Under the pieces are notes generated by a model. The model was not told the origin of the DNA, made no database searches, and saw only the letters and a program-made list of their open reading frames with translations. From contig JBILLK010000039.1 in the NCBI GenBank assembly GCA_044376115.1, forward strand, positions 1 to 64,000: DNA of 64,000 bases, written 5' to 3'. Positions 56,133 through 64,000 of the stretch are shown in pieces. Each line of letters starts with the position of its first letter. Position 1 is the stretch's first letter. The stretch comes from Polyangiaceae bacterium (GTDB taxonomy: Bacteria; Myxococcota_A; Polyangia; Polyangiales; Polyangiaceae). The position numbers were made by a program, and so were the translations under genes.

Positions 56133-57077
56133 ATGAAGGCTTGGAAGGTTGGTTGCGGCCTCGCAAACGCTACGCTCTTGCTCGCTGTGTGGGCTACCGG
56201 CTGCAGTGATCCTGGGGCTTCGAGCAAAGGCTCAGCTGCGAGCAGCGCTCCAAGCGCGCCTGCGGCTTCCAGTGCGAGCGGCTCGCCGAGCGCGACTCCC
56301 AGCGCCTCGCCGAGTGGCAGCGCTGCTGGCTCAGCCGCTGCGATTGCGCCGCTCGGTAAGGAGGCGTTCTGTGAACGAGCGATAGCGCTTGGTGAACGCA
56401 ACTACGAGTCGTGTACCTATGCTCAAAGCGACAACTCTCCAGGTCTTGGCCGTGCGATGAGCTTGTTCAAGGCCTTCTCAGAGTGCCGAGCCCGTGTGAA
56501 CTCTGCCAAGGTCGAATTTCACGGTGAGGTTGCGGCTGCTTGCATTGCAGCCGCAGAAGCACGTGGATTGAAGACCACCTTCTACGTGTTCGATATCCTA
56601 CCGGCGTGCCAAGGGGTGCTGACGGGCAAAGCCGGGGCAGGCGAGCCAGCGCTCTACGCCGAGGAGTGTGCCAGCGGGCTTTCGATGCTGAAGAATCGCT
56701 GCGTCAAGCCGATCGCCAAACATGGAGAATGCGAGGCGTATTGGGGTGGGCTGCTTAGCAAAGCGGCCGACCATCTTCCGTGTGAGGCGGGGCTTGCGTG
56801 CCTTTTGACGGTGGGTAGCTCAGACGGAAACCCCTCTGTCTACCATTGCTTGCCCCCGCTCGCGCCGGGCGACCGTTGCAAGCTCGGGCAGGAGCTATGC
56901 GGCGCAGAGGCCTCTTGTTACCAGGGCCGTTGCCGCGCACTCGCCAGTGCGGGCGGCGAGTGTATGTCGCTGCTCGATTGCAAGCCGAAGCACGACTGCG
57001 AAATCAAGGGCGGAGTGTTCGGTCGCTGCGTCGCTTCCAACGAGGAGGAGAGCTGCAATCCGCATATCCGGCGTTGA
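56133..57077 (+). CDS. Cys-rich lipoprotein (Dickkopf-like myxobacterial repeats)
   Basis: Lipobox ATGC, Ser/Ala linker, repeated C-x-x-G-L-x-C units. Confidence 0.75.
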   Translation: MKAWKVGCGLANATLLLAVWATGCSDPGASSKGSAASSAPSAPAASSASGSPSATPSASPSGSAAGSAAAIAPLGKEAFCERAIALGERNYESCTYAQSDNSPGLGRAMSLFKAFSECRARVNSAKVEFHGEVAAACIAAAEARGLKTTFYVFDILPACQGVLTGKAGAGEPALYAEECASGLSMLKNRCVKPIAKHGECEAYWGGLLSKAADHLPCEAGLACLLTVGSSDGNPSVYHCLPPLAPGDRCKLGQELCGAEASCYQGRCRALASAGGECMSLLDCKPKHDCEIKGGVFGRCVASNEEESCNPHIRR

Positions 57078-57097
57078 GCGGCGATCCGTTCGCGCGC

Positions 57098-59008
57098 TCA
57101 CGGCCCGAGGTTGGCGCGCCGTTCGTCTTGCGCGCGCGCAGGGTAGCGGGGTGTGCACAGGGCGAGCGGAACCACGGTTCGGCCGATTCTGCAGATCACG
57201 CCGGCAGGCGCATCGTTGGGTCGGCCTGCCGCGAGGAAGGCCTCGAAGCGGTCCTTTTCGATCGTCGGGAGCGTGAGCTGCTTGCCGGTCGCAAGCTCGA
57301 CCCAGGGCGAGCCACGCTCGTCCGTTACCCACGTGCCGTCGGGGTCGAAAACGAGGGAATCAGCGTCGACTGCAGGGAGCGCTACGACTGAGCCGTCCAG
57401 GCGAGACACCGAGAAGGCGAGCCGGCCGTTATGGTTGCTAGCGATCACCTGGTCGCTCGGCCCGAAGGCGAGACGGAGCTGCTCGCCATCAAGCTTGGGT
57501 AACGGGACGCGGTGCAGTAGCTTCTGCGTCCGCTGGTCGATCAGGAGCAGCTCTACGCCTCGCGGGGAAACGGGCGTCTCGCCGGCGAACAGCGCGAGGG
57601 TCCTTTGGTCAGCGCTCATCGCGTACGAAATGATCGTGAAGTAGAGGGAGACGCCGGTTGGGATGAGCTCGAGCGGGGGCTTGACTAGACCTTGATGGGG
57701 AGCTGAAAGGGCCGCCCAAACCTCGCCGGGATCGAACAGGACCGGGGTCTTGGCCGGTGACTCACGGAGACCTCCGGGAGTGCCGGGCGCCGGCGCAAAG
57801 CGAGCGCGTACCGTCGGCGGGAACTGCTGCGTCATGATGTTCGGCTTCTTCGAACTAACGATCAGCGTTCCGTCGGCTTGGAAGAACACGTCCGGCGTTT
57901 CGTTCTCGGCCCCGGGCACACGGTTCGTCTCCACGCGGTTGAGTTGGCGGTCGTGGATGGTGAGTTCGTACTCGAACGTCCGGCCTCCCTTGGGGCCAGG
58001 GATGACGGACGCGATGAAGCGACCGTCCGACGACATCGCTCCGGCGGGCTTGGTGTCGCAGGCTACGACCTCACGCGCCTCGAGATCGAAGATGGCGAGC
58101 CCAGTGTCCGGCCCATTGCTGTGTGGACGACCGGCGTCGACGAGCACGAGGTCGCCCAGCTTCGTGAAGCGTGGCGTGCGGCGCACCGTGCAGGGGAAGC
58201 TTGCGAAGGGTTTGCGTGCGTTCAGGTCGAAGATGACCACCTCCGACGCAGTCTGCGTCGCCACCAGCGGACGCTCCGTGGAGAAGGTGACAGAACCCCA
58301 CGACTCGAGCTCGAACGGCGCTGCGTTCGGGTCGGCGAAGTAGAGGTTACGGTGTTCAGAACCTTCGACCATTCGTGCGATGAAGGCCTGGCCATCCGGC
58401 GCAAGAGTGACACGCTCGGCCTGCCCGGTGATGACGTGCGTCAGCGTGAATGTCGCCTTCTCCACCGAGAGCAGCGCTTCTCCGCTCGCCGTATTCGCGG
58501 AGAAGAGCGCATGAGCACCAACCTTCGAAGGACGCAGGCTGTGGAGCGCATCGAAGCCAGCTTGCGCGTCCCAGGCCCGTTCGAGGAAGCGGCGCACGCG
58601 CGCCCTCTCCCGCTCGGAGAGCTGGGTAACGTTGGGCAGCTGCTTCATCGCCAAGGCGAGGAGTTCTGCGGGCGCACGCGCCACGTCCTCCTCGAGCTCT
58701 CGAGCAACGGCATCGCGCCGCGTGGCGAGCGGCGCGGGAATCGGGCAGCGAGCGTCCTCAGACGAAAGCTTGCTGAGCGCGACGTCCAACGCCTCCTGCG
58801 CGAGGGCGTCGTCGAAGGCCGCCTCGCGGGTTCGCCACGCATCGGCGCAGGAGTTCGTTGGCGTCGTCGACGTAGCGGGCGGTCTTGGCGCTTCTACTGC
58901 GACGCAGCCGAGGTTGCTCGTGAGAGAAAAGGCGCCGAGCACCGCAGTAACGCGAAGTCCGCGCGCGGGCGCCAAGCCACTCACTGCGGAACAGGCACGT
59001 TCAAGCAC
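57098..59008 (-). CDS. Beta-propeller (WD40-like) lipoprotein, start uncertain
   Basis: NLGC lipobox-like; LAPDGQAF, MSSDGRFIA, FQADGTLI, MSADQRTLA, FDPDGTW blades. Confidence 0.7.
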   Translation of the reverse strand: MLERACSAVSGLAPARGLRVTAVLGAFSLTSNLGCVAVEAPRPPATSTTPTNSCADAWRTREAAFDDALAQEALDVALSKLSSEDARCPIPAPLATRRDAVARELEEDVARAPAELLALAMKQLPNVTQLSERERARVRRFLERAWDAQAGFDALHSLRPSKVGAHALFSANTASGEALLSVEKATFTLTHVITGQAERVTLAPDGQAFIARMVEGSEHRNLYFADPNAAPFELESWGSVTFSTERPLVATQTASEVVIFDLNARKPFASFPCTVRRTPRFTKLGDLVLVDAGRPHSNGPDTGLAIFDLEAREVVACDTKPAGAMSSDGRFIASVIPGPKGGRTFEYELTIHDRQLNRVETNRVPGAENETPDVFFQADGTLIVSSKKPNIMTQQFPPTVRARFAPAPGTPGGLRESPAKTPVLFDPGEVWAALSAPHQGLVKPPLELIPTGVSLYFTIISYAMSADQRTLALFAGETPVSPRGVELLLIDQRTQKLLHRVPLPKLDGEQLRLAFGPSDQVIASNHNGRLAFSVSRLDGSVVALPAVDADSLVFDPDGTWVTDERGSPWVELATGKQLTLPTIEKDRFEAFLAAGRPNDAPAGVICRIGRTVVPLALCTPRYPARAQDERRANLGP

Positions 59009-60195
59009 ACGCCGACCTCGAGGATCACGTACAAGAGGGCGAGCTCTTGCGGTAGCAGGCCGTCGGAGGATTCAGAGTGGTAGGTGCTGAAGAGGACGCG
59101 ACCACATTTGTCCTCGAAGCTGACGGTGAGCGGCTTGTTGCCTTGCGGTGTTGAGCCGGTGATCCACGTCTTGGGCGTGACGTTTACGGGCTGGCCTTGC
59201 GTGTCGGTGGAGGCGACGGTGTTGAGCTGGTTGATGTACGTGTAGGCCGCCTCGAACGACGGGTTGTTGATGCCTTGGGCTGCGAGCCAGGCCTGCAGAT
59301 CGGCGTCCATGTCGGAGGCCTGGGCTGTGTAGTTATCGAGCGTGCAAGCATCCCCGCTGCTCTCATCGAAGGTCACGTAGCCAGGGAAGGGCTGCTGCAT
59401 CCACTGATAGGACCAATCGGTTACGTAGTATTTGCCGCCCTCGGCGACGAACTGGCGGATGTTGGCGTCTTCACCGCCGGTGCCGCCGTTGCACGATGAG
59501 CACGGGACGAAGGCGATGTGGAACTGCGAGAGCGTGGCGTAGTCCTCGAAGGCGCTGTCGCAGTTGAAGCCGGAGCACTCGAAGACGGTGATCTGGTCCT
59601 CATCGACGCCGAGCCCGGTCAAGGTCGCGAGGATATCGTCGTAAGCGCCGGCTTGGATGGCCATCTTCGGGATGTCGTCGCCGTTGGCTTTGTCCATCCT
59701 CGAGGGCAGCCGAGTAGCGGTCGCGTCTGCGGTCATCGGGCCCTCGACCACGTCGATTGAACGTACGCGTCGGAACTGGCCCTTCTGCACGACGAGGTAT
59801 TGCGGCCCTCCGAGATAGGTCTGTAGCTCGAAGGTGCCGTCGGGGTTGGTGAAGGTGTTGGGCACGCTGTTGTCGAGCTCGACGCAGGCATCGCAGAAGA
59901 CGCCATCCGGGATCGCCGGTGGGGGCGTTGGGGTCAGGTAGACGAGCGCGCCGCTGATCGGGATGGTGCCCTCCGGCGCAACCACTTTGCCGCTCAGCGT
60001 GCCGATGGCTGGGATGACCACACCACCGCCGGAGCCGCCGCTGAACTGGTTGGCGCCTTGACCGCTCGCGCCTTGGTCCCCGCCGCCTTGCGAGTTGGCG
60101 CCGGCGCCCGAAGTCGGCTCTGCGCCGGCCGAGCAGGCGAGCGCCAGGGGGAGGATTGAACCAAGTAACAGCGAGCGGCCGCGAGCGATAAGCAT
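58981..60195 (-). CDS. Myxobacterial lipoprotein with carboxypeptidase-regulatory-like domain
   Basis: Lipobox ALAC; LSGKVVAPEGTIPISGALVY; QKGQFRR; GGKYYVTDWSY; GRVLFSTYH. Confidence 0.8.
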   Translation of the reverse strand: MLIARGRSLLLGSILPLALACSAGAEPTSGAGANSQGGGDQGASGQGANQFSGGSGGGVVIPAIGTLSGKVVAPEGTIPISGALVYLTPTPPPAIPDGVFCDACVELDNSVPNTFTNPDGTFELQTYLGGPQYLVVQKGQFRRVRSIDVVEGPMTADATATRLPSRMDKANGDDIPKMAIQAGAYDDILATLTGLGVDEDQITVFECSGFNCDSAFEDYATLSQFHIAFVPCSSCNGGTGGEDANIRQFVAEGGKYYVTDWSYQWMQQPFPGYVTFDESSGDACTLDNYTAQASDMDADLQAWLAAQGINNPSFEAAYTYINQLNTVASTDTQGQPVNVTPKTWITGSTPQGNKPLTVSFEDKCGRVLFSTYHSESSDGLLPQELALLYVILEVGVCLNVPVPQ

Positions 60196-60327
60196 GGGCC
60201 ATCATACGCAAAGCGTGGCGCGAGCGCCACGGCGCGGCGCCTGCGCCACGATCGAAGTTCGCCGCCGCCACAGATTCCGGCATCCCTGCCGACTTGCTCG
60301 CGGTACGCGCGTTGCTTTGGCGTCGGC

Positions 60328-61506
60328 ATGACGTTGATGGCGCGTAGCTTCTTGGTTGGGTCCTTGTTTCTCCTTGCGTGCAAAGACGGCGCGAGCGATG
60401 GCGCTGACGGTGGAGGAGGCGACGCCCAAGCCGGCGGAGCCTCGACGGGAGGAGCTTCGAGCGGTGGTTCCTCGACCGGGGGGTCGTCGTCGAGCGGTGG
60501 CTCCTCGAGCGGCGGCGCCGGCGAAGGTGGCAGCAGCGTCCTTCCGATTGAGGCCCCAGAGAACGAGTGGACCTTCATTCCTGTGGAGGGCGCCGTCTGT
60601 GCGAGTGGAACGCCGACGGGGATCGGTGTTCGGCTGCGGGCGGATAGCCGTGAATTGCTGATCTACATGCAAGGGGGTGGCGCCTGCACCGACGGCCAGA
60701 CTTGTTGGGTGAGCACGACGAACGCGGCGAACGTGAACGGCTACGCCGCGGCTGAATTCGCTGAGGAGTCCCTGATCAATAGCTACGCGTTGTTCGCCGA
60801 CCAACCCGCGAACCCGTTCGCCGAGATGAACATGGTGATGGTGCCGTATTGCACGGGCGACGGTCACGCCGGCAACGCCGTTCGCGAGCTTGATGTCGAG
60901 GGCACTCCGCGCACGACGTACTTCAAAGGAGCGGCCAAGATGCAGCTCTACCTCGAGCGCTTGGCCGCGACCTTCCCCGACCTCGAGCGCGTCTACCTTG
61001 TCGGCACGAGCGCTGGCGGTGGTGGGGCCACCTTCAACTACGGCCGCATCCGCGACGCGCTCGGCGTCGAGGTGCACAGCATCATCGATTCAGCGCCCGG
61101 TTTCCTTGATGAAGGTGACCAGGAAAAGTGGGCGATCTGGGGGGTGGAACCTGATTGCGATGGCTGCACCTCGGGCGAGTCACTGCGGCAATACAATCGC
61201 TCACTCGCGCCCAGCTCGCGCTTTGGCTTCCTGACCTTCCGCTTCGACAAGACGACCTCCAACGGCAAAACCGAAGCAGAGTACGAGCCGTTGATGACGG
61301 CCTTGCTCGCGAATATCCAAGCCGATGCGAACGGAAGGACGTTCGTCATCGACAACAGCGCAACGGGCTTCGACACCACGCTGCACGTCATCACCACCAA
61401 GAACAACCCGCCCGCGCTGCGAACGGCCTACCTCAACTGGCTCACCGCCTTGACCGACCTCGAGAACGACGCGGACTGGGAGAACGTGACGCTCACGCCT
61501 CCGTAA
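60328..61506 (+). CDS. Pectin acetylesterase-family hydrolase lipoprotein
   Basis: Lipobox LLAC; LLIYMQGGGAC, VPYCTGDGHAG, LVGTSAGG, IIDS. Confidence 0.85.
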   Translation: MTLMARSFLVGSLFLLACKDGASDGADGGGGDAQAGGASTGGASSGGSSTGGSSSSGGSSSGGAGEGGSSVLPIEAPENEWTFIPVEGAVCASGTPTGIGVRLRADSRELLIYMQGGGACTDGQTCWVSTTNAANVNGYAAAEFAEESLINSYALFADQPANPFAEMNMVMVPYCTGDGHAGNAVRELDVEGTPRTTYFKGAAKMQLYLERLAATFPDLERVYLVGTSAGGGGATFNYGRIRDALGVEVHSIIDSAPGFLDEGDQEKWAIWGVEPDCDGCTSGESLRQYNRSLAPSSRFGFLTFRFDKTTSNGKTEAEYEPLMTALLANIQADANGRTFVIDNSATGFDTTLHVITTKNNPPALRTAYLNWLTALTDLENDADWENVTLTPP

Positions 61507-61517
61507 CGAGCGTTGGC

Positions 61518-62306
61518 TCAGCAGTTGAGCGGCGGGAGCTCGGGATCCAAACAATCGAGATCTTCGACTCCGCAGTCGCAGTGACAAATCTGTTTGTCGG
61601 CGTAGGTGGAAGGATCGCAGGTCCACCCTTTGGGCGTCGGTAGCATGGTGATCGGGCCCGAAACTACGAGGCAGGCACCCCCCTCCACTTTGGTGCTGAC
61701 GAAGGTGTCGAGGTTGACGGTCACTTCGACCAACTTCGCGTTGTCGACGAAGCCGCTGGTGATCGGCGCACCCACGATGCCGTCGGCGGCGATCGGGCCG
61801 AGATCGATCGTCCCGGACTCAGCGAAGTAGTAGCGCGCAGGCGCCGTTCCGACCAGGTCCTCCCCAGCGACCAGGCAGCTGGTACAGGTGCCGTAGTTGT
61901 CGTTGCCGTTGGCCGCGAGATCTTGCACGCCGCTCAGCGGTTGACCGGCGGCCGGGAAAAGCTCGAGCCGGATGGTGTCGGGGTTGGCGCCGCCAAAGTC
62001 CTCGGGGTCGAGCTCATAGACCGCCGGAAAGAGGAAGTGCACATCGCCGGTGGAGAGCGAGATGCACGTCTCGCTGCCGCCGCTCCCGCCTTCGCCGCCG
62101 GCGGCTCCGGCTCCACCGCTTCCGCCCGTTGCGCTGTTTCCGCCCGTTGCGCCTGCTCCGCCGCTTCCGCCTGCGCCACCTTGCTCTTCAGTACCGCCGC
62201 TCCCGCCTGCGCCGCCGGTGGGTGCGCCCCCAGCAGCGCCGCTGTCCCCGCAGCCGGAGAGCGCCACGAAAGAGCCGAGCAACGCTTTGAACCACGTCCG
62301 TTTCAT
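61518..62306 (-). CDS. Hypothetical lipoprotein with Gly-rich linker
   Basis: MKRTWFKALLGSFVALSGC; NYGTCTSCL; WTCDPSTY...CHCDCG. Confidence 0.75.
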   Translation of the reverse strand: MKRTWFKALLGSFVALSGCGDSGAAGGAPTGGAGGSGGTEEQGGAGGSGGAGATGGNSATGGSGGAGAAGGEGGSGGSETCISLSTGDVHFLFPAVYELDPEDFGGANPDTIRLELFPAAGQPLSGVQDLAANGNDNYGTCTSCLVAGEDLVGTAPARYYFAESGTIDLGPIAADGIVGAPITSGFVDNAKLVEVTVNLDTFVSTKVEGGACLVVSGPITMLPTPKGWTCDPSTYADKQICHCDCGVEDLDCLDPELPPLNC

Positions 62307-62394
62307 GCGCTGCAGATTACGTGAACGCTCCATCGAGTTGAACTGGGACGACGCCTCGAGACGAGACCTCGCTCGGCCTCGGGGCCCGATTCGC

Positions 62395-62964
62395 TCACCT
62401 TTTCTTGACGGAGCAACCCGCGAGGTAAAGGTCGTATCCCTCTGCTCTTCCGGCCAGCGCCATCCCGGTACCCTCGACGATGACCGGGTCGTGCTCGCGA
62501 AGGTCGTTCGGCGGGTTGAGCGTCTCGCTCTCACAAGCCAACACCACGTCGGTCTGCTTCGAGTCCGCGATCAGGACCTGAGTGAAACGGTACAGGAGGT
62601 GCTCGCCGCCGCCGTGCATCCGTACGGTGGTTCGTCGATACAGGCCTTCGATCGTGATGCTCTTGCCGAGGTAATCCGTGACCGAGGTCCTGGCTCGCAG
62701 CTTCATCTGCTCGATCGGGCCTGGGCCCAAACGAGGAGGCGGCTGTGACGAGAGAGCTGACGACTCCAAGGCCGTATCGGTTGTCGACGCGGGTGGGTCC
62801 AACGTAGAGGCTTTTGATGTCGCCGAGGGCCGCGGCACGGTATTGGCGTCGACGACGGTGCTGGCGGGCAGCGACAGCACTGCGCTAGCGCCGTCATCGT
62901 TACACGCATTGGACGCGAGCAGTATCAGTACCGCGCCTGCGGTTGCGACGATCCCAACGGTCAT
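62395..62964 (-). CDS. Hypothetical lipoprotein, possible OB-fold
   Basis: Lipobox SNAC; YLGKSITIEG...PVIVEG beta pattern. Confidence 0.55.
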   Translation of the reverse strand: MTVGIVATAGAVLILLASNACNDDGASAVLSLPASTVVDANTVPRPSATSKASTLDPPASTTDTALESSALSSQPPPRLGPGPIEQMKLRARTSVTDYLGKSITIEGLYRRTTVRMHGGGEHLLYRFTQVLIADSKQTDVVLACESETLNPPNDLREHDPVIVEGTGMALAGRAEGYDLYLAGCSVKKR

Positions 62965-62966
62965 TC

Positions 62967-63833
62967 TTAGCCCCAAACCAAACGGCGCGTATCGTGCGCT
63001 TCCACGCCGCGCAGCGCAAGCAGGCGGCGGACACGTTCTTTCGTAAGCGGGTGGGTGGAGAAGAGCTGGGCCGCGCTCTCGACCCCGGCGAAGGGATTGA
63101 CGATATAGAGGCTCGCGGTGGCGGCTGGAGCGTAGGACGGAATCTGATGTGCACCGCGCTCGAGCTTGGTCAACGCGCTGGCCAGCGCCTCTGGATCGCC
63201 TGCGATGCGGGCGCCCGTTTCATCGGCGAGGTACTCGCGCGAGCGGCTGATGCCGAGCTGCACCAAGGTGGCTGCGATGGGGGCGACGAAGGCGAAGAGC
63301 AGCCCGCCTGCGCCTGGGCCTTCCTCTTCGTCGCTGGTGAAGGCGCTGAAGGTGAGGGCCTGGCCAACCCAAGAAATGGCGCTGGCAACCACGGCGGCGA
63401 TGCTCGAAAGCAGGATGTCACGGTTCTTGATGTGCGCCAGTTCGTGCGCCAAAACGCCGCGTAGCTCGCGCGGCGTGAGCACGCGCAAGATCCCGGTGGT
63501 GACGGCTACCACGCCGTGCTCGGGGTTGCGCCCGGTAGCAAACGCGTTCGGCTGGGGGTCCTCGATCAAGTAGACGCGCGGCATCGGCAACTCGGCGCGC
63601 TGCGCGAGCTCAGCCACCATGCCGTAGAGCTCCGGCGCCTGCCGCGGATCCACCGGCTGGGCGCGGTTCATCGACAAAACGATGCGGTCGGAGAAGAAGT
63701 ACGCACCGACGTTCAACAGCAATGAAACGCCCAACGCGAGATAGGCCCAGCCTGGCCCCACCAAGGAGCCGGCGCCGACCAAGATCGACGTGAGCACACC
63801 GAGCAGCAGCAGAGTCTTCAGTTGGTTCTTCAT
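62967..63833 (-). CDS. htpX: Zinc metalloprotease HtpX (M48)
   Basis: YFFSDRIVL, QPNAFATGRNP, ELRGVLAHELAH, ISRSREYLAD, LFSTHP. Confidence 0.95.
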   Translation of the reverse strand: MKNQLKTLLLLGVLTSILVGAGSLVGPGWAYLALGVSLLLNVGAYFFSDRIVLSMNRAQPVDPRQAPELYGMVAELAQRAELPMPRVYLIEDPQPNAFATGRNPEHGVVAVTTGILRVLTPRELRGVLAHELAHIKNRDILLSSIAAVVASAISWVGQALTFSAFTSDEEEGPGAGGLLFAFVAPIAATLVQLGISRSREYLADETGARIAGDPEALASALTKLERGAHQIPSYAPAATASLYIVNPFAGVESAAQLFSTHPLTKERVRRLLALRGVEAHDTRRLVWG

Positions 63834-64000
63834 GGCAGCACCGCGAGCGCCATGACGTTGTTGGAAGCGGCGCTCGTGGGCCCAACCTAGATTTGCTTCC
63901 GTGATGCGCAAGCCCCGGAACGCTCTGTTCGAAGGTAGGCTCCGCCCATGTCGGAACCGTTTGAAGCCCCCAGCGCCAGCCGTCAGCTTCAGCGTGGAGT

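Overview
High-GC window with myxobacterial (Polyangiaceae/Sorangium-like) character, inferred from the many Cys-rich lipoproteins with Gly-rich linkers. The centrepiece (24.7-43.6 kb) is a biosynthetic cluster I cannot match to a characterised pathway. It is a dissociated type II FAS/PKS with two intact ketosynthases, each followed by a catalytically dead CLF-like partner, plus a long ACP, FabZ, a FabL-type enoyl reductase, three FabG-like SDRs and one pseudo-SDR. These are combined with THREE paralogous radical SAM enzymes carrying the Tes/GDGT-MAS (MJ0619) metal-ligand architecture, a class III aminotransferase, a sterol-desaturase-family enzyme, a small membrane protein and an ABC exporter. 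Other notable loci: (1) a heme peroxidase + highly divergent LodA/GoxA-like (CTQ) protein + LodB-like flavoprotein trio (8.4-13.2 kb); (2) a palindromic 42-bp repeat array in front of an unknown protein/HerA-ATPase pair (0.6-3.5 kb); (3) an AT-richer decaying island ending in an IS3 remnant; (4) REP-doublet-like repeats flanking a META lipoprotein gene, next to a perfect 72-bp tandem repeat; (5) a 4xYegP-NuiA lipoprotein beside an HhH/P-domain lipoprotein. The rest is mostly secreted lipoproteins, an ECF sigma factor and htpX. All calls come from motif reading by eye; no database search was run.
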